Shown here: piece by piece, positions 19,555 through 29,713 of the stretch
Position numbering within the stretch: position 1 is the stretch's first letter
Layout of the letters: each line of letters opens with the position of its first letter
Assembly: GCA_965243135.1 (NCBI GenBank)
Contig: OZ251539.1
Location: 4,704,001-4,768,000, forward strand
Direction of reading: 5' to 3'
Origin: Alphaproteobacteria bacterium
GTDB taxonomy: Bacteria > Pseudomonadota > Alphaproteobacteria > MPNO01 > UBA830
DNA length: 64,000 bases
Notes under the pieces: generated by a model
What the model was told of the DNA's origin: nothing
The model's input: only the letters and a program-made list of their open reading frames with translations
The model's database searches: none
Made by a program: the position numbers and the translations under genes

Positions 19555-20911
19555 CGGAGGCGTCTTTCAACCCAAGGCGTTTGGCTACGCTACGGATGAT
19601 CTCCATCGCGCTTTCATCTTCTTGAGAATCGGCAGTCGGTAATTTTCGTTCGCGCTGCCGTAATTCGTTAAGTTCTTTTTTTTCTTTCTCCGACAAATCA
19701 GATCTCTGAATAAGACTATTATATCTTTCCCTCCACTTTTCCACTTCATGTGAACGTGATGAAGGCAAATCAAACAGTTCACTAGTGATAAGTTGATCCA
19801 GTCTCCAGCCTTGAACAATAGCGGGGTCATTGACGATTTCCGTGTGGTCTTCTGATCGGCGAAGAACGGCCACGTTGGCATCCAAAGAGTTCAGAGCCAT
19901 CAGCGGACTATGCGCAGTTGCGATAAACTGAATATTGGGAAAGTATTCTGTCAGACGGTCGCGGATTTTCCGCTGCCAGCTCGGATGTAGATGCAGGTCG
20001 ATTTCATCGACTATCACGATGGCTGGTTCGCGAAGAGGATCAGAGCTGTTTTCGTAGTGGCCGAGCAGTCTCGAAGCGATATCGGTGATCCACGCAAACA
20101 TAGTCTGATAGCCGAGGCTTAGTTGATGAAATGACACGTTTCCGTAAGGAGTATCTACGCGAATTCCTGACTTTTCAGGAGAAATTCCAGGGCCTGGGGG
20201 CGCGAAGATCTCGATTGAATCAGGGTTGGAAATATCTTCAATAATCTTGGACAGTATCATTCTGATACCATCCAATTTTTTTTGCGCCATGAGATCTCCT
20301 TTCATGGACGCATGGTCGAGGCGATAGAGAAAATCTTCTGCGTCGCAAAGCGAAGATTCTACCTTGAACAACGATACGGTCGGATCAGTTTCAGGTGTGA
20401 TATCTACATTCGCCACCCTAGGATGTCGTCCGGCACCATAAGCCAAAACAAGAGGTTCTTCCGCATTGACTTCTTCGGGTTCTCCACTAGAGCTGACGTC
20501 CGCAATTTGTCCATCCTTCCGTTTTATTTCATGGAGCGTTGAAATGGATTTTGAACCTACTTGATGTTTGTCGGATAATTTGCACAAGGAAAGGTGGGTT
20601 TCCAACCTTGCGGGGGAGTCGGTGCCATGACGAGCCAATCTCTTAAGAACTTCGTTCTCGGGTTCTCGCGCCAACTCAGGTTCTACAGGATTGGGCAATG
20701 TGCCTTTATTGTCGTCGGGAGGACGATTGAACATAGGGCGCATTCGCACGAGACACTGGAGCAATGTGGTTTTTCCAACTCCGTTGTCGCCGACAATAAG
20801 AGTCCACGGGGCAGGGCACCCCGCGTCGTTGGTAAGGTCCAACTCTTGGCGATCAGCGAATGATCGGATATTCTCTATATTCAACTTCGTAAAGTAAATA
20901 GCATTCGACAT
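19538..20911 (-). CDS. ABC-type ATPase (PtuA-like)
   Basis: IENIRSF, GDNGVGKTT, QLSLGYQ, IVDEIDLHLHPSWQ, QFIATAHSP; overlaps the HNH start. Confidence 0.88.
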   Translation of the reverse strand: MSNAIYFTKLNIENIRSFADRQELDLTNDAGCPAPWTLIVGDNGVGKTTLLQCLVRMRPMFNRPPDDNKGTLPNPVEPELAREPENEVLKRLARHGTDSPARLETHLSLCKLSDKHQVGSKSISTLHEIKRKDGQIADVSSSGEPEEVNAEEPLVLAYGAGRHPRVANVDITPETDPTVSLFKVESSLCDAEDFLYRLDHASMKGDLMAQKKLDGIRMILSKIIEDISNPDSIEIFAPPGPGISPEKSGIRVDTPYGNVSFHQLSLGYQTMFAWITDIASRLLGHYENSSDPLREPAIVIVDEIDLHLHPSWQRKIRDRLTEYFPNIQFIATAHSPLMALNSLDANVAVLRRSEDHTEIVNDPAIVQGWRLDQLITSELFDLPSSRSHEVEKWRERYNSLIQRSDLSEKEKKELNELRQRERKLPTADSQEDESAMEIIRSVAKRLGLKDASDDPGQ

Positions 20912-21410
20912 TAGTGGCTCCGATCACGAGCGCTGAAGTCGGCAGGCTACTATAGCAAGGCAAACTCTTGACCTCGGACAAATAGTCAGACGGTCAAGCG
21001 ATGTCAAGCTGCACCTCATACGGAGCTGACAGCGCGTTTGGATGTGGAAAGGGTGCCGATGCCAGCGGGTCGTGAAACCTGTCGCAGGCAGTGGCAATGG
21101 ATACCGGGAGCGAGCCGAGGCCCGCTTGCCCCGCGCCGCTTGGCGGTGCGGGGGCGGCTGGCGCAAGGAAGGCGGTTCCTTGCCGCGAGCGCGGAGAAGA
21201 ACGGGAACCCCGAATCCGTCCGCGCTGCGCGAAGATCGTGCGACCGGGAGGCGCTGCGGAAGAGCGCTCTCGAGACGGCCTGCGGCGGCACCGTGGCGTC
21301 AAATCAGGAACGGGCGTACCAGACGGAAGGAACGGAAGAAATTTGCCGCCTCTTCCCCGGCGGGCCTCGGAGGATTGCGCCGAGACTTGAAAGCCCCGCG
21401 GGAAGAATTT

Positions 21411-23653
21411 CAGACCTCCTGACATGGTATGCGGAACTTGAAGATTTTGCTTGACTTTTCTCCAGGGCGTCGTAAATTAGAATGTACCACTTTCTGGAGA
21501 ATACCATGTTCCAGTCCCGCCTCGCCGTCCTGCCCGAAAATGCGACCGTGATCAGCGACAGACTGGCCTGTGTCCGCGACGATGGACATCTTGAGTTTTT
21601 CAATCCGGGCGGCCCGATTTATCGCTGCGCGGAAGACGACAAGGCGGGCCTGCGTCTGGCGCAGGGTTTGCTCGGCGACCTCGGGCTGGCGACGGTGGCG
21701 GCGCTGTCGCGCGTCTTCGGCGTTTCCCGCCTCACCATCCGTCGCAACCGGGACGCCTACCGGTCCCGCAACGTGGCGGCCTTCGCCAAAGAGCGCGGAC
21801 CGCGCGGAGGGTACAAGCTGACGGAGCTGGCACTGCAACGGGCACAGGAGGCACTCGACGAAGGGCGGTCGCAAGTTGCGGCGGCGAAGGCCGCGGGCGT
21901 GACCGAGGGGACGATCCGCCATGCCCTGCGGCAGGGGACCCTGCGCGCGGACCGGCGGCAGGGTCCGGGAACGCAGCCATCGGTGCGGTCCGCGACGGAC
22001 GGGCGCTGCGAAGGCGGCGTCGCGGTCAAGCGGGTCGAGGAACGGGTGCTTGCGAGCGTGGGAGAACTCGCCGAGGCCTCGACGCGTTTCGAGGCGGCGG
22101 AATCGGTGCCCGGCGCGGGTGTCTTGCTGGCGTTGCCGGCGCTGCTGCACGAGGGGCTGGTCGAGGTTACGGAGGAGGTTTACGGACAGCTTGAGAAGGG
22201 GTTCTTCGGCTTGCGCAGCATATTGTTGACGCTGGCCTTCATGGCCTTGCTGCGCATCAGGAACGCGGAACAACTGAAGGGCCATGCCCCGGGAGAGCTG
22301 GGCCTGCTGCTCGGTCTCGACCGGGCTCCGGAGATGAAGACGCTGCGCCGCAAGCTGAAGGAGGTCGGTCGGCGCGGTCTGGCGCGGCGACTGGCCGAAG
22401 CGTTTACCCGACGGTGGGCGGAGGCCGAGCCGGAAGCACTCGGCTTCCTGTACGTCGACGGACATGTGCGACCCTACCACGGACGCAAGCACCGCCTTCC
22501 CGAAACGTTCGTGCCGCGTCGGCGCCTGTGCATGCCGGCGACGACCGACACCTGGGTCAACGACGCTCGGGCGCAGCCGTGGTTCTTCGTTTCCATGGAG
22601 GCCAATGACGGCCTGCTGCAGGCGCTGGACAGGGATGTCCTGCCGCGGATACGAAAGGAGGGGCGCGTGACCGTCGTTTTCGATCGCGAGGGCTGGAGCC
22701 CGGAAACGTTCCGGCGCTGGGCGGCGGAAGGCGTCGATGTCATGACCTACCGGAAGGGCCATTATTCCCCTTGGCCGGAGGAAGGCTTCACGACGGTGGA
22801 GGACCCCGCGTCCGGCGTCCGTTACCGGCTGGCCGAACGGGAGACGGGTCTCGGCGAGAAAAGGTTCAAGATGCGCGAGGTGCGGCGGCTGTGCGACAAC
22901 GGCCATCAGACCGTGACGACCCGCCGGGACCTGCCGACCGTCGAGGTCGCCTCGCGAATGTTCGCCCGCTGGAACCAGGAGAATTACTTTCGCTACATGC
23001 GGCACGAGTTCGCGCTCGACCATCTTTGCACCTACGAGACCGAGCCGGCCGACCCCGAACGGATAATCCCCAACCCGCCGTACAAGGAATGCAAGGCGCG
23101 GATCGAAAGCCTCGAAGCGAAGATCGGGCGCATCCGGAAACAGCAGTGGAAGGACGAAAAGAAAGGCAGAACCGCGAGGAGCGGCAAGGCATCCCCGGAA
23201 GAACGCATCAAGGAACTCGAAGTCCTGATCGAGGAATGCGAGGCGCGCCTGGAAACCCTGCCGGAAAGAGTGCCTGTCAAGGAAACCATGGACGAGGAGG
23301 AGATCGTCAGACTCGAACCCGAGCGGAAGATCTTCACCGACCTCGTCAGGATGGCGGCTTACCGGGCGGAAAGCGCGATGCTCGCTCCCCTCGGTCCGCT
23401 GCTGAACCGGAGCGAGGACGAAGGCCGCGCCTTTCTCCAAACCCTGTTTCGAACCCCGGCCGACCTCGTCCCGGGTGACGGATGCCTCACCGTGCGCTTC
23501 CATTCCATGTCGCAGCCCCGCTTCAACAAGGCGCTTCGGGAACTCTGTGCCATGACCACTCGCGAAGGCCATGCCTACCCCGGCACCGGGCTGAAACTGG
23601 CGTTCGAGGGACCCCTGCTGGAAAATTGAATTTACGCGATGTCAGGAGGTCTG
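21411..23653 (+). mobile_element. Complete insertion sequence with 15-bp terminal IRs and 5-bp target duplication
   Basis: CAGACCTCCTGACAT (21411-21425) and ATGTCAGGAGGTCTG (23639-23653), flanked by AATTT at 21406-21410 and 23654-23658. Confidence 0.92.
21482..23629 (+). CDS. Large putative DDE transposase with N-terminal HTH repeats
   Basis: LYVDGHVRPYHG, VVFDREGWS, RWNQENYFR acidic motifs; fills the IR-bounded element. Confidence 0.85.
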   Translation: MYHFLENTMFQSRLAVLPENATVISDRLACVRDDGHLEFFNPGGPIYRCAEDDKAGLRLAQGLLGDLGLATVAALSRVFGVSRLTIRRNRDAYRSRNVAAFAKERGPRGGYKLTELALQRAQEALDEGRSQVAAAKAAGVTEGTIRHALRQGTLRADRRQGPGTQPSVRSATDGRCEGGVAVKRVEERVLASVGELAEASTRFEAAESVPGAGVLLALPALLHEGLVEVTEEVYGQLEKGFFGLRSILLTLAFMALLRIRNAEQLKGHAPGELGLLLGLDRAPEMKTLRRKLKEVGRRGLARRLAEAFTRRWAEAEPEALGFLYVDGHVRPYHGRKHRLPETFVPRRRLCMPATTDTWVNDARAQPWFFVSMEANDGLLQALDRDVLPRIRKEGRVTVVFDREGWSPETFRRWAAEGVDVMTYRKGHYSPWPEEGFTTVEDPASGVRYRLAERETGLGEKRFKMREVRRLCDNGHQTVTTRRDLPTVEVASRMFARWNQENYFRYMRHEFALDHLCTYETEPADPERIIPNPPYKECKARIESLEAKIGRIRKQQWKDEKKGRTARSGKASPEERIKELEVLIEECEARLETLPERVPVKETMDEEEIVRLEPERKIFTDLVRMAAYRAESAMLAPLGPLLNRSEDEGRAFLQTLFRTPADLVPGDGCLTVRFHSMSQPRFNKALRELCAMTTREGHAYPGTGLKLAFEGPLLEN

Positions 23654-23702
23654 AATTTGGAGGCTCCGTTTCGCGACTCCCGCCGAGGCAGAATTCGGAG
23701 CG

Positions 23703-23730
23703 TTGACAAGAAGCGGGTCAGGATTAAATT
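23703..23730 (+). promoter_or_regulatory. Candidate sigma70-type promoter of hrcA
   Basis: TTGACA-N16-TAAATT just upstream of hrcA. Confidence 0.4.
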
Positions 23731-23745
23731 CCCCAGCCGGTGGAC

Positions 23746-24828
23746 ATGATGAGCAAGTCGCCTCCCGGCCTTATCGGCGAACTGAACGAGCGCTCCCGCG
23801 AGATATTCCGCGAGATCGTCGAAAGCTACTTCGCGGACGGCGAGCCCGTCGGGTCGCGAACCCTGTCGCGGCGGCTCGATACGCCGTTGTCGCCGGCCAC
23901 CATCCGCAACGTCATGGCCGATCTCGAGGACATAGGCCTGCTCTACGCGCCGCACACGTCGGCCGGCCGACTTCCGACCGACAAGGGGCTGCGCCTGTTC
24001 ATCGACGGCCTGCTGGAAATCGGCGATCTCAGCGCCGAAGATCGCCGGAGCATCGAGGTCCAATGCAACAACCACGGAACCAGCCTCGCCGAGGCGCTCG
24101 GCGAGGCGACTTCCGTGCTTTCGGGACTGGCCGGGTGCGCCGGGCTGGTCGCGGTTCCCAAAACCGCGCGGCCGCTCAAGCATATGGAGTTCGTGAACCT
24201 GGGAGACGGGCGGGCCCTCGCGGTGTTGGTCACGGACGACGGCTTCGTCGAGAACCGGCTGATCGACTTGCCGCCGGGCACGCCCCTGTCGACGCTGGTC
24301 CGGGCCGGCAACTTCCTGAACGCGCGTTTCGCGGGATCGACCATCGACGAAGCCCACCGCGCGGTGAATGACGCGATCAAGCAGCGCCGCGCCGAAATCG
24401 ACGAGATCACGGCGCGACTCGTGGAGGCCGGCCTGGCGGCATGGGCGGGAGGCGAGCGGCATGCCAGCGCCCTGATCGTCAAAGGGCAGGCGCGCCTGCT
24501 CGACGAGATTTCGGCCATGCAGGACCTCGAGCGCGTGCGCGGCCTGTTCGACGTTCTGGAAACGGAAGAATTGCTTGTCAGGCTTCTCGAAATGACCGAC
24601 AAAGCGGATGGCGTGCAGATCTTCATCGGAGCCGAGAACGTCCTGTTCGACCAGGCTGGCTGCGCCATGGTGGTCGCGCCCTTCAAGGGAGAGCAGCAGA
24701 CCATCGTCGGAGCCATCGGCGTTATCGGTCCGATGCGTCTGAATTACGCCCGGATCATCCCTATGGTCGACTATACGGCCAAGGTCATCGACCGCCTGAT
24801 CGGTCGGCAAACGGAAAGAGAGACGTGA
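23746..24828 (+). CDS. hrcA: Heat-inducible transcription repressor
   Basis: PVGSRTL, SPATIRNVMADLE, PHTSAGRLPT, GVIGPMRLNY. Confidence 0.96.
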   Translation: MMSKSPPGLIGELNERSREIFREIVESYFADGEPVGSRTLSRRLDTPLSPATIRNVMADLEDIGLLYAPHTSAGRLPTDKGLRLFIDGLLEIGDLSAEDRRSIEVQCNNHGTSLAEALGEATSVLSGLAGCAGLVAVPKTARPLKHMEFVNLGDGRALAVLVTDDGFVENRLIDLPPGTPLSTLVRAGNFLNARFAGSTIDEAHRAVNDAIKQRRAEIDEITARLVEAGLAAWAGGERHASALIVKGQARLLDEISAMQDLERVRGLFDVLETEELLVRLLEMTDKADGVQIFIGAENVLFDQAGCAMVVAPFKGEQQTIVGAIGVIGPMRLNYARIIPMVDYTAKVIDRLIGRQTERET

Positions 24829-25526
24829 ACGAACAGGATAAATTGCGCGACGAGCCCTCGGCGGAGGAAACCGGAACCGGGACGGAAGAGCCCGAACCTC
24901 GGGAGGACGCCGGGAACCCCGACGAGACGCCTTCGCCCGAAGCGAGAGCGGAGGACGAACGGGCCGAAGAGGAACCCTCCGAAGAGGCGGAGCCCGACGA
25001 GGTCGCCGAATTGAAGGACAAGCTTCTCCGTTCCCTCGCCGACATGGAGAATTTGCGCAGGCGATCGCAGAAGGACCGCGACGACGCGTCGAAGTACGGC
25101 ATCTCCAACTTCGCGCGCGACATGCTTTCGGTCGCCGACAACCTGCGGCGCGCGATCGACTCGCTGCCTCCCGACGAAGAGTCGGGCGCGATGGCCGGAT
25201 TCGTCGAAGGCGTGGCGTTGACGGAGAAGGAAATGCTGTCGGCCTTCGAGCGCCACGGCATCGGCCGAATCGATCCTGCCGGCGAGAAATTCGATCCGCG
25301 CTTCCACGAAGCGATGTTCGAACTGCCGACGGCGGAAGCCGATCCGGGAACGGTCGTGCAGGTCCTCGAGGTGGGTTATCGGATTCACGACCGCTTGCTG
25401 AGGCCGGCCAAGGTGGCCGTCGCGAAGGAGCCCGCCGAACCCCCGGCCGAAAGCGCGTCCGACCCGGGCGAAGCGTCCGCTGCGGAAGAGCCGGACGGCG
25501 CGGAGACCACCCCGCCCCGGTCCTGA
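24825..25526 (+). CDS. grpE: Nucleotide exchange factor GrpE
   Basis: LRSLADMENLRRR, FDPRFHEAM, GYRIHDRLLRPAKVAV. Confidence 0.95.
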   Translation: MNEQDKLRDEPSAEETGTGTEEPEPREDAGNPDETPSPEARAEDERAEEEPSEEAEPDEVAELKDKLLRSLADMENLRRRSQKDRDDASKYGISNFARDMLSVADNLRRAIDSLPPDEESGAMAGFVEGVALTEKEMLSAFERHGIGRIDPAGEKFDPRFHEAMFELPTAEADPGTVVQVLEVGYRIHDRLLRPAKVAVAKEPAEPPAESASDPGEASAAEEPDGAETTPPRS

Positions 25527-26377
25527 AGCAGCAGCCCGCGCAGCCGCGCGGCGGCGCGGTCGTGGTCCGATACGGCGTAGCAATACACGCAGCCGTGGGC
25601 GCAGGTGTCGTAGGCGCCTATGTCGCGGCTTTCGGCGCAAAGGCATCCCGCCCGGTTTCCTTTCTGCCGGGCCGCGATGTCGCGCCCGGCGACGTCGGAC
25701 AGCCGGCCGGCGTCTATGCAGCGCGCCGGCGTCGCGGGTGCGCAGGTCGTTTCCGGCTGGCTGCAAACCGTGAGCCGCATTCCGAAATCGCTCGCGTCGG
25801 CGGCCAGTCCGCGGCAGATTTCGCGTCTTTCGCCTTCCTCCGGGTCGCGCCAGGTGAATTCGCGCAGTTGCGCCGCGCGGTCGAGACGGCGGCGCGTCTT
25901 GCGGTAGACGTGCGCGAAGGAGATCGTGCATTCGTCCACAGCCCCGGCGAGGCGCGCCGCCAGCGCCGCGAAGTTCCGGGCGTGCCAGGCAGGCGGAGTG
26001 GCGGAGGTGACGATCACCGGATCGTAGCGCCAGACCACGGCGCGGCGTCCGTATTTTCGCGAGAGCGCGGCGATCTGCTCCGCGGCGTCGTCCGCCCGCG
26101 GCGTGCGCGCGTCGAGGAGGCGCGGATAGCCGGTGACGGTGAATTGCACGACGAAAGGCAGGTTTAGCGCCGTCACGTCCTGCAACGCGTCCGCGAAGGG
26201 CGCGGCGTTTCGGGTCCAGAACACGAACCCGTCGGCGCCGCGGGGCGAGAGGTCGACGCGATAGGGCCGACCGCCGTAAGGATTGCCGACGACGCAAAAG
26301 CCCTCCGCGAGGCGCGCGCGGAACCAGTCCGCCCGAAAGGCCGGTATGTCGGTGCGGTAGCTTGCGGAAACGATCAT
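25385..26377 (-). CDS. DUF1848 family protein
   Basis: MIVSASYRTDIPAF, VFWTRN, WRYDPV, C-terminal GCLCAESRDIGAYDTCAHGCVYCYA. Confidence 0.85.
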   Translation of the reverse strand: MIVSASYRTDIPAFRADWFRARLAEGFCVVGNPYGGRPYRVDLSPRGADGFVFWTRNAAPFADALQDVTALNLPFVVQFTVTGYPRLLDARTPRADDAAEQIAALSRKYGRRAVVWRYDPVIVTSATPPAWHARNFAALAARLAGAVDECTISFAHVYRKTRRRLDRAAQLREFTWRDPEEGERREICRGLAADASDFGMRLTVCSQPETTCAPATPARCIDAGRLSDVAGRDIAARQKGNRAGCLCAESRDIGAYDTCAHGCVYCYAVSDHDRAAARLRGLLLQDRGGVVSAPSGSSAADASPGSDALSAGGSAGSFATATLAGLSKRS

Positions 26378-26438
26378 GCGGCGCCGACTCTACCTCATTC
26401 GCCGTCGCCCGCCTCGCGTTCGGAAACGCCGCGGGCCA

Positions 26439-26467
26439 CTTGTAAGTCAAGGATCACTTCCTATATA
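26439..26467 (+). promoter_or_regulatory. RpoH (sigma32)-type promoter of dnaK
   Basis: CTTGTA-N15-CCTATAT, close to alphaproteobacterial RpoH consensus. Confidence 0.7.
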
Positions 26468-26564
26468 TCCGCCTAGCATATGCCATCGAGTTCAGGAAAT
26501 CTTTTGGGGATAGTCCGGGGCGCCGGGACGGGTCGCGGGCATTTGCCGGATTGCGAGGTTAGAA

Positions 26565-28481
26565 ATGGGCAAGGCGATCGGTATCGATCTCGGTACCACG
26601 AATTCGTGCGTCGCAATAATGGAAGGTGCCGACGCGCGCGTCATCGAGAACAGCGAAGGCGTTCGCACCACGCCTTCCATGACGGCGTTCGCGGACGGCG
26701 GCGAACGGCTGGTTGGGCAGGCCGCCAAGCGCCAGGCCGTCACCAATCCCGAAAATACGCTGTTCGCCATCAAGCGTTTGATCGGCCGTCCGTACGACGA
26801 CCCGACCACCCGCAAGGACCAGGACCTCGTTCCGTACAGGATCGTCAAGGCCGACAACGGCGACGCCTGGGTCGAGGTCGAGGGCGACAAGTACTCGCCG
26901 AGCCAGATTTCCGCTTTCATCCTTCAGAAGATGAAGGAGACCGCCGAGGCCCATCTCGGCGAGGACGTGACCGAAGCGGTCATCACCGTTCCGGCCTATT
27001 TCAACGATTCGCAGCGCCAGGCCACGAAGGACGCCGGCAAGATCGCCGGCCTCGACGTGCTTCGCATCATCAACGAACCGACCGCGGCCGCGCTCGCCTA
27101 CGGGCTCGAAAAGAGCGAAAGCGGCACCATCGCCGTCTACGACCTGGGCGGCGGCACGTTCGACGTCTCCATTCTCGAGATCGGCGACGGCGTGTTCGAG
27201 GTCAAGTCGACCAACGGCGACACGTTTCTCGGCGGAGAGGATTTCGACGCGCGGATCATCGAATACCTCGCCGAAGAATTCCGGAAGGAGAACGCGATCG
27301 ACCTGCGCAACGACAAGCTCGCCTTGCAGCGTCTCAAGGAAGCCGCCGAGAAGGCCAAGATCGAGCTTTCGTCGTCCGGTCAAACCGAGGTCAACCTGCC
27401 GTTCATCACGGCCGATCAGAACGGTCCCAAGCATTTGAACATCAAGCTGACGCGCGCCAAGCTCGAGGCGCTGGTGGACGATCTCGTCGAACGCACCATC
27501 GAGCCGTGCCGCGCGGCGCTCAAGGACGCCGGCCTTTCCGCCGGCGAAATCGGCGAGGTGATCCTGGTGGGCGGCATGACCCGCATGCCCAGGGTGATCG
27601 AGACGGTCAAGAACTTCTTCGGACGGGAACCGCACCGCGGCGTCAATCCGGACGAGGTGGTCGCCATCGGCGCCGCCATTCAGGCCGGCGTTCTCAAGGG
27701 CGACGTCAAGGACGTGCTGCTGCTCGACGTGACTCCGTTGTCGCTCGGCATCGAAACGCTCGGCGGGGTGTTCACGCGCCTGATCGATCGGAACACGACG
27801 ATCCCGACCAAGAAAAGCCAGACGTTCTCCACCGCCGACGACAATCAGAACGCGGTGACGATCCGCGTCTTCCAGGGCGAGCGGGAAATGGCCGCGGACA
27901 ACAAGCTGCTCGGCCAGTTCGATCTGGTGGGCATTCCGCCGGCGCTCCGCGGCGTGCCGCAGATCGAGGTCACGTTCGACATCGACGCGAACGGCATCGT
28001 CAACGTGTCCGCCAAGGACAAGGCCACCAACAAGCAGCAGAACATCCGCATTCAGGCGTCCGGCGGCTTGTCGAACGACGACATCGAAAAAATGGTCTCG
28101 GAAGCGGAGAAATTCGCCGAGGAGGATCAGAAGCGCCGCGAGCGGGTGGATGCCCGAAACCAGGCGGACAGCCTGATCTACAGCACCGAGAAGAGTCTGT
28201 CCGAGCACGGCGATTCCCTGTCCGGCGAAGACAAGGCGGCGATCGAAAGCGCCGTCGTGGACCTCAAGACGGCGATCGAGGGCGACGACGCGGACGCGAT
28301 CCAGTCGAAGACGCAAGCGCTGGCGCTGGCTTCGCAGAAGCTCGGCGAAGCGCTCTACAAGGCGCAGCAGGAGCAGGCGAGCGCCGCCGCCGCGCCGGCG
28401 GACGGAACGGACGGAGAGGATGCCACCGTCGTCGACGCCGATTTCGAAGAAGTCGACGACCCCAAGGACAAATCGCCCTGA
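26565..28481 (+). CDS. dnaK: Chaperone DnaK
   Basis: [26 protein letters not shown]. Confidence 0.99.
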   Translation: MGKAIGIDLGTTNSCVAIMEGADARVIENSEGVRTTPSMTAFADGGERLVGQAAKRQAVTNPENTLFAIKRLIGRPYDDPTTRKDQDLVPYRIVKADNGDAWVEVEGDKYSPSQISAFILQKMKETAEAHLGEDVTEAVITVPAYFNDSQRQATKDAGKIAGLDVLRIINEPTAAALAYGLEKSESGTIAVYDLGGGTFDVSILEIGDGVFEVKSTNGDTFLGGEDFDARIIEYLAEEFRKENAIDLRNDKLALQRLKEAAEKAKIELSSSGQTEVNLPFITADQNGPKHLNIKLTRAKLEALVDDLVERTIEPCRAALKDAGLSAGEIGEVILVGGMTRMPRVIETVKNFFGREPHRGVNPDEVVAIGAAIQAGVLKGDVKDVLLLDVTPLSLGIETLGGVFTRLIDRNTTIPTKKSQTFSTADDNQNAVTIRVFQGEREMAADNKLLGQFDLVGIPPALRGVPQIEVTFDIDANGIVNVSAKDKATNKQQNIRIQASGGLSNDDIEKMVSEAEKFAEEDQKRRERVDARNQADSLIYSTEKSLSEHGDSLSGEDKAAIESAVVDLKTAIEGDDADAIQSKTQALALASQKLGEALYKAQQEQASAAAAPADGTDGEDATVVDADFEEVDDPKDKSP

Positions 28482-28546
28482 TCGGCCCGAACGAAGCCGT
28501 GCGCGGAGCGCTCCGCGGTTCCGCGGGCCGGACGGGGTGGTGAGCG

Positions 28547-29668
28547 ATGGCGAAGCAGGACTATTACGAGACCCTAGGGATCGGTCGCGACGCCGATGAC
28601 GCGGCGCTGAAGAGCGCCTACCGCAAGCTCGCGATGAAATACCATCCGGACCGCAATCCGGGCGACGCGGCGGCGGAAGCGAAGTTCAAGGAAGTCAACG
28701 AAGCCTACGACGTTCTCAAGGATCAGGAGAAGCGGTCGGCCTACGACCAGTTCGGCCATGCGGCCTTCGAGGGCGGCGCGGGCGGCGGCTTCGACGTCCG
28801 TTCGGGATTCGCCGATATCTTCGACGAGATGTTCGGCGACTTCATGGGCGGGTCCCGGGGACAGCGCCGCTCCGGGCGCGGCGGCGACCTTCGTTACAAC
28901 CTGCAAATCAGCCTGGAACAGGCCTTCGCCGGAAAGGAGGCCCAGATCCGGATTCCGGCGATGGTCGCCTGCGACGACTGCGACGGATCGGGCGCGGCGC
29001 CGGGCTCGCGTCCTTCCACGTGCGGGACTTGCGGCGGACGGGGCAACGTGCGGGCGCAACAAGGCTTTTTCGCGATCGAGCGCACGTGTCCGGCCTGCAA
29101 CGGCGCCGGGCGCGTCATTGACAACCCTTGCCGGAGCTGCCGCGGCACCGGGCGCACCCGCAGGGAAAGAACCCTGAAAGTAAACGTTCCGGCGGGCGTC
29201 GAAGACGGCACCCGCATCCGCCTCGCCGGGGAGGGAGAAGCCGGCTCCCAGGGAGGGGCGGCGGGCGATCTCTACATTTTCGTGGCCATTGCGCGCCACC
29301 GTTTGTTCCAGCGCGACGGCGCCGACCTCCATGTCAAGGTTCCGATCCCGATGACGACGGCGGCGCTGGGCGGCTCGATCGAGGTGCCCTCGATCGAGGG
29401 CAAGCGCGCCAGGGTCACGGTTCCGAAAGGCGCCCAGACAGGGCACCAGTTCCGGTTGCGCGGCAAGGGAATGTCCGTGTTGCGGAGCCACGCCCGCGGC
29501 GACATGTACGTCGATATCATGGTCGAAACTCCGGTCAACCTGTCGAAACGGCAGGAGGAACTGCTTCGCAGCTTCGCGGAGGAAAAGCCGGACGGCGACA
29601 CAACCAATCCGGAGTCCGAGGGCTTCTTCTCGCGCATGAAGGAGTTGTGGGACGATCTGACGGACTGA
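28547..29668 (+). CDS. dnaJ: Chaperone DnaJ
   Basis: J domain HPD, four CxxCxGxG repeats. Confidence 0.98.
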   Translation: MAKQDYYETLGIGRDADDAALKSAYRKLAMKYHPDRNPGDAAAEAKFKEVNEAYDVLKDQEKRSAYDQFGHAAFEGGAGGGFDVRSGFADIFDEMFGDFMGGSRGQRRSGRGGDLRYNLQISLEQAFAGKEAQIRIPAMVACDDCDGSGAAPGSRPSTCGTCGGRGNVRAQQGFFAIERTCPACNGAGRVIDNPCRSCRGTGRTRRERTLKVNVPAGVEDGTRIRLAGEGEAGSQGGAAGDLYIFVAIARHRLFQRDGADLHVKVPIPMTTAALGGSIEVPSIEGKRARVTVPKGAQTGHQFRLRGKGMSVLRSHARGDMYVDIMVETPVNLSKRQEELLRSFAEEKPDGDTTNPESEGFFSRMKELWDDLTD

Positions 29669-29713
29669 CGCGGCAACGCCGGCCCGCGCTCCGCGGCAAC
29701 GCGAGGAAACATC

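Noticed and set aside
18799-21400. Retron (Ec78/Ec83-type) interpretation of the ATPase+HNH pair
   Set aside because: No reverse transcriptase ORF (no YADD-type motif) found in the window, so treated as Septu-like.
14115-23653. Classical composite transposon around the RiPP/Septu cargo
   Set aside because: The two transposases are unrelated, the right IS has its own target duplication, and no shared IRs or outer duplication were found.
23660-26565. CIRCE operator upstream of hrcA or dnaK
   Set aside because: No TTAGCACTC-N9-GAGTGCTAA seen; only an RpoH-like promoter before dnaK.
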